Assembly (NCBI RefSeq): GCF_000002075.1
Contig: NW_004797315.1
Coordinates: 606,110 to 670,109 of the forward strand
Direction: 5' to 3'
Length of the DNA: 64,000 bases
Source: Aplysia californica
Taxonomy: Eukaryota
Part shown: positions 12,113 through 21,965 of the stretch, piece by piece
Position numbering within the stretch: position 1 is the first letter of the stretch
How the letters are laid out: the number at the start of each line of letters is the position of its first letter
Notes under the pieces: model-generated
Databases searched by the model: none
What the model saw: only the letters and a program-made list of their open reading frames with translations
What the model was told of the DNA's origin: nothing
Program-made: the position numbers and the translations under genes

Positions 12113-12950
12113 GGCTAATGCGCATGGCCACCTCTATTCTATTCTCACTCCGGGTGAGAATAGCGCAGGCGAGCCTTTTGGCTATTCAGCTATTCTCACC
12201 CGGTGTGCGTTCACCGTTATTGCCTAGGCCAACCAGTGTTATGTTCACCCTGAACCACAGAATTCTAAATTGTGATAACAATAGTAGAATTCTGTGCCGT
12301 GAACAAACGTTCCAGCGCTCTTGCGTATTACTGTTTAGCCTAAAAAATTGGCCATTGCAATGTCTGTGGGCAGTGGAGAGAGAGAGAGAGAGAGAGAAAG
12401 AAAGAGAGACGAGTAGACCCTAGCAGTAGGCTAGAGCGAAAACTTCAGGGCAAAACAGAATGGCGACCCGCATAGTTCGGCTCGATTTTAAAAGTTAAAT
12501 AGCCGTAGCATAGACAACCAAATTAATTCACTTTTTGTGTTTTATTTTAACATCATTTTTAAAACTTTGCTTTGGTCAATTTGATCATCCACACCGATAG
12601 ACAGTATTCAGAAAGAGACAGAGAGAGAGGGGAGGAGTAGATCTTGCGAGAACTTCTGGGCAAAACGAAATGCCGACCCCCATAGTTCGGCTCGATTCGA
12701 AAAATGAAACAGCCATAGCATCTTTGTAGACGACCAAATTAGTTTACTTTTGTGCTCTAACGTCATTTTTTCTTTGCTTTTGTCAATTTGATCATCCACA
12801 CCGTATAGTCAGTATTCCGAAATTAGGAAAAACAGGTCTTGTTTCACACTGGGTGAGAATAACCAACGCTGGCAAGTCTCACCAGGGGTGAGAGGTCGAT
12901 CGTATTTTTATTCTCACCCCGGGTGTGGCCACTTCCAATGCACATTAACC
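12113..12950. mobile_element. Harbinger-like MITE with internal ~170-bp direct duplication
   Basis: GGCTAATGCGCATGG ... CCAATGCACATTAACC termini; subterminal TATTCTCACNCCGGGTG motifs at both ends; 12447-12613 duplicated at 12658-12822. Confidence 0.65.
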
Positions 12951-13925
12951 CTCGCCAATAAGCCTATATCGGCACCATGCCTTCGTTCTGTTCCCGCGTC
13001 AGTCTAGCCCCTGGCTCAGCGCTCGCGCGCCGAGCACCATCTCCCCTTGAATTTGGGGTAAATTTTTACTTACATGCACTCACACATAGATGCATTGATT
13101 TGAGGGCTAAACTGCCACAATTTTTGCCGTAGAACACGTATGGCCCCTAAAACCCTTGCAAATCAATTGTTTTCAGTAAATATCAATCTTAATTGCCAAA
13201 ACATCAAATTATTGTGAAGAAATACAGGGGCAGGGGCCCCCCTGATACCCCCCTGATTCTTTTTAGGAAACCCCCATGATATTGTTAAATTTACTATTTT
13301 AAGTATTTTCAAACATCAATAACTCGATAACTATTGATTTGCGGCAAAAATGAAGACCATATTAAAAATATTAGTGTTTAGCATGCAAAATACTAGATCT
13401 ACTAGAAAAGAAGTAGAAAATGTGAACATGAGACGGATGCATTTTTTTTATAAGATAAAACAAAAACGAATTTGGGTCCCGAGTCGGATCCGCATTCACA
13501 TAGCTGAAGTGTGTGTGCGCCAGTCTGCTTGAGTTTGTGTGTGTTTGTGGCCTTCTTCTTGAAATGCCTGCGTTGGTTTGTATCCGAAGCATACACGTCT
13601 CATTCAAAACACGCCAAGTTGATAGCTCTAGATGTTCGTCCAATGAAATTATGAAGAAATTGACCCACTTAGACATGATGAGGAGCTCGAAAGGATAGTC
13701 AGGAAACAAGACTTCCATTTTTCTATACAAAACATTTTAAATAAGCTTGATTTTGTATGAAATGATACTACATGATAAAAAAAAGGGAGGGCCTATTTGC
13801 AATGCCGCGTTGCCATTAGCGCCAGTGCTAAATAAAACGCTGTGCTGCGATTAGCGCCAGTACTAAATAAAACGCCATGTATTAGCCTAGGCTATATGAA
13901 GCTTAATCTACCTTTCGTTGCGGAA

Positions 13926-14018
13926 GTTCTGATGGCCGAAGTGACAGTGCGTCTGCGTTTGAAGCCAAACCATTATTTTATGAGCGTGGGTTCGATCCCG
14001 GTCCTGGAAGTTTTTTTT
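13926..14018 (+). pseudogene. tRNA-Leu-like Pol III cassette (pseudo-tRNA) inside the MuDR-like element
   Basis: GATGGCCGAAGTGA (A box), GCGTGGGTTCGATCCC (Leu-type T arm/B box), oligo-T terminator; acceptor and anticodon stems do not pair well. Confidence 0.6.
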
Positions 14019-14270
14019 GTCCTCTTCTCGACTGACCAACAAATTTTCCCCAAAGTTAGATCTATAACTTGTTGCTTTGTAGTTATTTTTTTAATACTGT
14101 TGTGAAGCATGCAGATTCTGGTTTTGTTCCCAAGAGGAGCTCTGTACAAAGTAGGCCGTAGTAGTATAGCCTATACTTTTCCTTTTACCTGTTTAGGCCT
14201 GGTTAAAGTTCAACAGTGGCTTTTCTTGGTCTGTGAGTCTAAATAAAAAAAAATAAAAAAAATTTAGGCC

Positions 14271-14399
14271 GGCACTATTTCTCCGAACGTTTGGGAAAAT
14301 AAAGTTGGGCACTATTTCTCCGAACGTTCGGGAAAATAAAGTTGGGCACTATTTCTCCGAACGTTCGGGAAAATAAAGTTGGGCACTATTTCTCCGAAC
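14271..14399. repeat. 37-bp tandem repeat (~3.5 copies), palindromic unit
   Basis: GGCACTATTTCTCCGAACGTTCGGGAAAATAAAGTTG at 14271, 14308, 14345, 14382; related units again at ~15500-15553. Confidence 0.9.
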
Positions 14400-16082
14400 A
14401 CTCTGAAATCTCATCCTTTCTCGCAAATTTCGGATATTATATAGATCTATGATTATAGTATAGGCCTACCAAAGATTGTTCGTGTACAATATGGTTCAAG
14501 CGGTCCAAAAAATGTCCGCAGTAAATATTTATATAAACAAATGCTACAATTCCAAAGTTTTTCACTACAGATATGGCGTGTTGCCTATGAAGGGTACTGC
14601 TCTTAAACGTAATGTGTTGTGTTCACTCGGGTGCTGTCTAGATCTAGATCTACGGAGGGTTATTGATAACGACACATAGAACTGGCATCTGCGTTTGTCA
14701 CTGCTGCGACCAATGTACTGACACTGGCAAAGCCCCTTAATGTGTGTGATTCCATAATTTTCATGTAATATCCTGTACTTTTTTAAAAATTACGCACATT
14801 TAGGGTTAAAACAGCCAATCTTCTTCGGACAGGTGGACACACGCCCTTATTTGTTAATGTTTGTTGTTGTTTATGGGCTGTTCTAATTTTGATTTCTTTC
14901 TGTTGTGAAACCTTTCTTTTTCACGTTTTTCAAAGTATACAAAATAGAAACACAGGATCCATTCACTCCAGGGCTCATGAGTCGTTCGTCTCTTTCAGTT
15001 TCACTCATTCATTCAATTCCCGTGTTCTCTCCCGCGGCTCATCCCTGTCCGCATAACTTTCATACCCCACCCCCTCCCTCCAGGCACACACAAAGAAAAT
15101 CTCACTCATTCCCTTGCACCCTGCGAACCATGGACAATAATATAGGCAAAACACTGCCTGAGCTGCATTCCTTTCTTTCATGAGCTGTGGACCAGGCCAG
15201 AGGGGTCGGTGTCGTCGTCTTGTAGTTGCTGTCGCCTGTGGATACTTGCACATTCTTCCTTTCACCCGCTCTTTCACTCACACTGTCTCTCCATCCACAG
15301 CTCAGCTCGTCAAACGTTCAAAAGTTGCCCACTGGTCATGTTTAGTTAGTGTGTGTACATGTGCATGATGGTGGTGGGTGTTACTGAAGGTTGTCTGTAG
15401 GCGGGCTTGCCATGCAGTGTTCCTTCCCAAATCAGAGGCAGAATGAAAGTTGGCGCCGAACTTTCGCAATAAATAGGCAAAAAATCACGAAGCCGGAAAC
15501 CGTTCGGAGAAATAAAGATCGGCACTATTTCTCCGAACGTTCGGAGAAATAGTCACTTCGAAAAATTTAAGGGAGAAGAAAAAAAAACCCTTCCGGGACC
15601 GGGATTCGATGCCGCGCTTGGAAGCACTGAACATTAGACTTAGATCTAGGCCTAGCGAACATAGACAGCTTGTATACATTCCCTAACCTAGACCTAACTT
15701 AAAGACAACATTTTTAGGTAGATCTAGAATCTATTGCTTTATTATTGCATGACGACACAGCGGACAGGAAGCGTCTTTCGACTTGTTTGCTCAAACTCAA
15801 TACTCAAATGATTATGATTATGAGAGATAAACAAGACTACATCTGGTCTACTAGACTTTTGTGCAAAAAATGCCGGAAACAATTGTTAGATCTAATCTAG
15901 ATCTAGATTACCCAATATTGATCGGATTAAGACAACGTCATAAAAAAAGGAGTCAAATCCTAGGAGGTTTATCAAGAAACTGAGAAAGGTTCCACAATTC
16001 AGGCAGAACTACAATATTATCATGTAGGAACGATGGCTACTAGATCTAGATCTAGCACATCTAGATTTCAGTACATGTACTG

Positions 16083-16270
16083 GCGTTTCAAATAGTATGG
16101 GAGCTATTGAGAACGCAGCGTTTCAAATAGTATGGGAGCTATTGAGAACGCGGCGTTTCAAATAGCACGGGAGCTATTGAGAACGCAGCGTTTCAAATAG
16201 TATGGGAGCTATTGAGAACGCGGCGTTTCAAATAGTATGGGAGCTATTGAGAACGCGGCGTTGCAAATAG
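16083..16270. repeat. 35-bp tandem repeat (~5 copies), subterminal array of the MuDR-like element
   Basis: GCGTTTCAAATAGTATGGGAGCTATTGAGAACGC(A/G) repeated head-to-tail without spacers; each unit is an imperfect hairpin. Confidence 0.9.
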
Positions 16271-19151
16271 CGCCTGCCTAAAAAATAAGCTTCTTGTTTG
16301 ATAGTTTTGAATACCATTGTGCAGATAGAAAGAACAATTTGAGTGCAAAACATTCGGAAATTGACCTGTATGTTTTGCACTCAAATTTAATTGAACAGTC
16401 CCTAGGCTTTCTTCTCAGTTGCCTGGGTGAATGGATGTTGATGGCCTGTGCTCCACTGGGAGTTTAAAAAGGGCAAGAGAGAGAGAGAAGAATGGATTAT
16501 GACCGCCGGTCCATAACGTGAAGGACCGATTAAAAATTTGCCGCGTTGGACAGTGACAGAAAAACGTAAAGGGGGAAATGGAAAGTGGCTGTTTGTACAG
16601 GTGGCTGTCATGCCAGGTTTGACTGTATACCCTATCAGAGATGTTCTGTTATTGTGGTGCAGGGGTCTCAACAAACTCAAATTAGCCTGGGGCTGAATGA
16701 ATGTATAGTTAAAGTGAGCCTGGGCTTCATCAAGTACTTCTTCCAAAAAAAAAAGTTTCAAGTATTTAAAGAAAAAAGTACAAGAGATGTAATCTTAATC
16801 TTTATTTCCCAATAGTAGTTCCAAACATTGTCTTTGTGCTGCTCAAAGAGCAGCCTCGCCAAATAACTGGTAGTCAGACTTGCTTTGTTGAATTATTGTG
16901 TGCGTTTGTACCTAAAAAAACCCCCCAAAAACATCATATATGATGAAAGTGGAGCATGCCTTACACACACAGGCATGCATTTAGGCAGAGACTACCCTAT
17001 GAGGTTTGTGGATCTCCCGGCAGAGTGGGTGGTGTTTTGAAGATCAATAATATATAATGAATCAGTTCTTTCACCTTTTTATGAAGAGTTTGAGATTCAC
17101 ACATCAATTATCAATTTATAAATCTGTACAAACAGCTTGACCGACTTATTTTCTTGCCTTGCATTATATTTTTAATAGAAAACATGTTTTTCCATGAGTA
17201 GTGCAGTGGTCAATTTTGAAACTCCTCTTACAAACACCCCCACCTTCTGGCAAATGCTTCAACATCACTTTTCGAAACATAGCAGCAGGTGGTTGGAAGG
17301 CCGCACTGGAATGTCTTACTTGAACATTTCTTTCCCTCTTTTTCCTGTACATTAAATAATCAATGTATGTGATGTTCTTCTCTTTTCTCAAACAAAATGT
17401 GACAGAAGAGCATGCTGTGAATCCTAAATGTGATATTATAACCATTTATGACAGTGACTTCTTTTTGTCTTAAACTCACAATTTGTAATGAAAAAGTGGA
17501 CAGTACCAGCATTTATTGAGAGCTTAATTAAGATCTTTTGACACAAGTTCTGGATTACTCTTTATGGAACTTGCTTTAAGCTATGTGAGAATGTGAATTC
17601 TTTTTCTGTATGGTTTTACAGACAGACTGTCTCAGCTATCAATGATAAATTGAAAAAGGACCCCAACTTTGTGATCAGAATATTATAGATAAACAGACAC
17701 TGATACTGACAAGTAGCGTCAAGTAGTGGGATGTTGGTGTTTGAACTGTTTTCTCTAGTCGTCCTACTTCTGTTTTACTTCCTTCTCAGACTTGTGCCAT
17801 ACTATGTATACCGTAGACTGCACCAGAAGTTACCTCTGCATGACTATAGAATTCAGTGTTTTCAGTCGCACATGCAGGCCTTTTCTGATCAATGTGGAAG
17901 CTAAGAGATAAAAGGTATATATTTATAGGTTGAAATTATAGTATATGGGATCAGCAGTTAAGTGTTAGGGTTGGTTTTGTCCCTTCAACCTTCAGCGTTG
18001 TCTTCCCACTGTCCTTTCTGGAACCTTGATCCCAGACCCACAGCTGTTTCCTTTGACATGAAATCTCATTTGTATTCCAAACGAATGTGTGTTGCCGCAC
18101 GGTACCGGTTTCCGTACACTTATCTGCTTTCCTTTGTTTTGATCTCGTGCCAGCGAGTTTTTGTCTGACATCGAAGCCTGGTGTTAACTTGTCCACTTGC
18201 TGTTATTGCTCCCATGGATTTTCTACAAAAACTTCTGATCAAGGTAAGGAAACTGCTGAAAATCCAGCACACTCGCTTGAAAGTTTTTTTTTCTTTTTTC
18301 TTTCCTTCTTTGTGATCAGACTTCATAGTGACCAGTAGTCATATGGGGATATTATTTGTGTTTTTTCAGTTGGTATTGAGTTGTTTTTTTCTTGCATTTT
18401 TATCAATTAATTTGCATTTCCAGTCTATTGGTCATTTATGTGTACGGAAACTGGTTCCTGCTAGGTACTCAAAATGATTGGAATATATGTCTAACCTTGG
18501 GATGTACTCTGTCGCTACTGTTGCACTTTAATGCATTTTGTTTCAATAGGTCTATTGTCTAGGAGGACAATTGTGGTGTAGGTTTCCTGTAAAATGAACA
18601 TGATAAGAGGTTCTGGGGTGGTGAATTTAGTATGGTAAGGGCACAAATGACAGGCGAAAAAAGCCCCTGCAATTTAAAGATCCAATCCAACTCCTAAACC
18701 TAATCTATCTGTCCATGTCTTTGCTTGTCATAAGCTCTGGCTAGGTCTAGTACTGGAGATTCTACAAAATGTTTGTACTACAACGTGTACACTCTTCGAC
18801 TGTGCGTGTGGGGTATGCATGTATACTGGAGGCTTTCTTCGCACAGGCAGTACAACTGGCCGTGCCCATCGTTTTATCTTTAAGTTGGAACAATCACATA
18901 GTGGTGGTGACAGTGAGGAAGCATGCATGAGGAAAAGCACTTGAGCTTGCATTGGGCATTAGTTTCTTGGCTGTGTGGACACAAGAGTATAATATTATTA
19001 TTGAGAAGCTAATAGTACACTCAGTTGTGTCTTTGTCTTGTTATAATTACCAAAGTGTAGAGGAAAAGTCTTCAAATTTGCTTTTTATGGGGGTTCTCAG
19101 TAGTCTTTGTTTACCCATTGATCACAGGCACATACTGAATAGGCGTTCTAT

Positions 19152-19327
19152 GTGGGTGGTTGGCGGGTGCTCTGGTGTGGTTTGCTACTATTTTCCTATC
19201 AAACATCTATCGTCCCGATCTCTCCTTCTTTTTTATGTTTGTTATTCTCTTGTAACACCTCTTATCTTCTGCACTTCATGACCTTATTGTGTTGCAAGGG
19301 CAGTAAGAGTCTTACTAAAACTAAACA
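19152..19327 (+). mobile_element. Short headless retroposon, family A
   Basis: Starts exactly at GTGGGTGGTTGG; 15-bp TSD GAATAGGC(G/C)TTCTAT with one mismatch; tail CTTACTAAAACTAAAC. Confidence 0.85.
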
Positions 19328-19686
19328 GAATAGGCCTTCTATTTACACCTTCAAGCACTGACTTACATTTACACAATACATGGCAACAAATTATTACACA
19401 CATCCACAGAATGCTTGCTTTGTCGAACAGGCTCTCAACTGACTTAATCGTCAACACACTTACACACACACACATACACGTACACACCCACAAATTGGAA
19501 TATCAGCTTGCTTGTCGACACATGAACTTGTTTGTATATACATATTATGTTCAGCAAGCCATTTATCGCTTCCTGTGGTCTACAGTAGGTACTTTGCAGC
19601 GTGGGCTAGTAACGATGCATTTGTTAATAATTATCCAGGAAGGGAGGGGGGTGAGTGTGGGGGGGGGGGGTGTAGGCAAATATATG

Positions 19687-20250
19687 TCTTCTTCTTCTCA
19701 TTCGTGTCTTAATGAGTGCGGAGGCTGTTGTTTGCCGCAGGCCCCCAAAGAGTTTTGTATGTCCCTGCGTAGAGATGGGCCAATATTTCATTCTAAGTGC
19801 CTTGAGCATTGGGCAGGCTGGTACACATGTGGGAATTGTGGTTTGTGCTTGCACTAAGATTTGGGAACAGCTGTTTGAAGGATTTCAATAGCGTCCCTTT
19901 TTTCTATGTAAAAGTACCTCTAGGTCTAAGGGTCTCCATTTTTTGCCTCAGTATTCAAGCTTTTGTCAGTTTATAATCGTACCATGACTTCTTCATCGTG
20001 CTTCTTCTCATATGGCCATGCCTGACAAGTCTTCTTTTTATTGCCAGTAGCTTTCAGCAAAGACCATGGTGCTTGTAATGCTACCTGTGTCCTTAAGTTC
20101 CTTCTCGAGCTCATTTGCGGAGTCGCTGGTGTCTTCATTCTGATTGATGAGTATGCCGTGTCTAATTGTGCTGGTGCCTAAACGATTTGTTTGCTGGTCA
20201 CCTTTTTTGTAATGATCATCCCACCACTGATCTACAACATTCACATGTCA
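19687..20250 (-). pseudogene. Degraded 3' end of an Ingi/I-group LINE ORF2
   Basis: Minus-strand translation ...QAQTT...CPMLKALRMKYWPISTQGHTKLFG...TASALIKT resembles the C-terminal CCHC-WP-KL(Y/F)G signature of RNase H-containing LINEs; ends in (GAA)n tail; many stops and frameshifts; 5' boundary uncertain. Confidence 0.55.
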
Positions 20251-20384
20251 ACCTGTTGAATTAAGTATTAAGTGGTGAGGGAATGGGAGAGAAATAGAGA
20301 AATTGGTACGAGGTTAAAATGGGATGACTGGATTTTACTTTTTCACAATGTTATGAGCCTCAAGATTGGATAATGCTGTATGTT

Positions 20385-20630
20385 AGTGGCATTGGTAGTC
20401 TAGTGGTTGGGCTACCAGATTTGTGATTGTGAGATTACAGTTTCAGGGGTTCAAGGCTCAGGTATGACATTGTGTCCTTGAAAAAAGCACTATACATGAA
20501 TTTTCCTCACTTCACTCAGGTAGGAATGGGTACCAGGCCATAGACAGCAAAAGACCTTGCCAGTATGTTAGTATTTCAGTGCCTGTAAAATGGCAACTTG
20601 CTTCCCATGAGGTTGAGATTGTTTAAGGTG
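20385..20630 (+). mobile_element. Degenerate copy of the CORE-like tRNA SINE
   Basis: TTGTGTCCTTGAAAAAAGCACTATAC...TTTTCCTCACTTCACTCAGGTAGGAATGGGTACCAGGC matches the reverse complement of 3090-3200. Confidence 0.7.
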
Positions 20631-21965
20631 GTGATAGTGAGATCGGTATAGTCGGCTTGGATCTGTTAACTTGTGCTTTAAAGAAATACTCATGTTCCCT
20701 TTTTGCAATATTATTCTCTTGGCTAGACTTGTTCTTCAGTTTCAATTGTTTTGACAATGAGCAAGAGTTGGGTCTTGTTTCTCTCAATCATTTCAGCTGC
20801 ACATTTTGTTATTCAGGTTATGTGGGCAGCTCTTGCATTCAGTTTTAGCATGTTGGTTTCCTACCCTACATGTATGTGAGTGTAGTTTAGGGTAAAAGAA
20901 TATGAACTGAATTTGACTTCCGCCTCATTTACATGATGAAAAAAATGCCAACATTTTACTTGTCCGGCTGTTTATCTTGGTCTTCTTTGTCTTGGGCATT
21001 TGTCTTAGGCAAGATTTCTATACATATTTTATTTAAATGGAAGAGAGAAAACATATTTGTTTGTCCTGTACTCCTTTTCTTGTGAAAAAATGATGGGGTA
21101 TTTTTTAGAAACAACAACAATGATTCACTGCTCAAGTCAGACCTGTCAACCATCTCGGAAAATCTGAATGCAGAATTCAGACTATTTACCGAGATTTCAA
21201 TGAAATTACCATTGTGTTGGAAAAACTCAAAATGTCAAGCAGGGCATGACAAAGAAATGAAAATGTTATTTCTGATTAAAGATAAGTCTGTAAATTAGAT
21301 CAACATTCATAATTGACACAACAAATATTTAATGGAGTTGGAAATAAGGGAACCAGTCAGCATCAGAGAAATGAGTGCTGAGGCTTCTATAAATAAAAGA
21401 TGGATGGTTCTTCATGAATCGGCCTTCTGAGATGGAATTACAAGTGGGAATTTTTTTTTGTATGTTAGGATCCCTTAATTAGTTTCAACATTGATGGATC
21501 CTTGAATCATGAGTGTTTGTATTTTATTTGGAATTATAAATGTTTCTTTCGGGAAAATGATCTTTCTGCAAAGGGAAGACCAGTGTTACAATAGCACTTT
21601 GTTGTTTAAAAAAGTATACATTTATGCTATGAAACAGCTTATCATCTTCCAGGCGCAATCGCACTCAATTGCACACATTCACATTCACTTTTATGAATGT
21701 TTGGGTATTTTTCCTCCCCACATCTCTGAATTTAAGACCATTGCTCTTACCTTTTTTTTGTTTTTGCTTTCGTTTCAGACAACTTTGAATCACAACTGGA
21801 GTACTGTTGCTGGGTCTTTGTCCATGTTGGCTACATTGTCATAGTTTGTGTTTGGGCGCCAAAGACAATCTCGACTTCATGAACATTTGTGCTCAGTTTG
21901 AACTTGATGGTCACTCATTCAAGGACTTGGTAGGCAGATTTATTCTGCCGACTTGAGTCACAAAC

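Larger units (their letters stand above)
13785..16278. mobile_element. MuDR/Mutator-like (foldback-type) non-autonomous DNA transposon, ~2.5 kb
   Basis: Termini GGGAGGGCCTATTTGCAATGCCGCGTT / AACGCGGCGTTGCAAATAGCGCCTGCC; 9-bp flanks TAAAAAAAA / TAAAAAATA (8 of 9 match, but low complexity); subterminal tandem repeats at both ends; no transposase ORF. Confidence 0.7.

Noticed and set aside
13926-14010. Functional tRNA gene (also 26771-26868 and the SINE heads)
   Set aside because: Acceptor and anticodon stems cannot be paired convincingly; embedded in TEs; called pseudo-tRNA
14271-16270. 37-bp and 35-bp palindromic repeats resembling CRISPR repeats
   Set aside because: Units are directly head-to-tail with no unique spacers, there are no cas genes, and the context is eukaryotic; explained as transposon subterminal arrays
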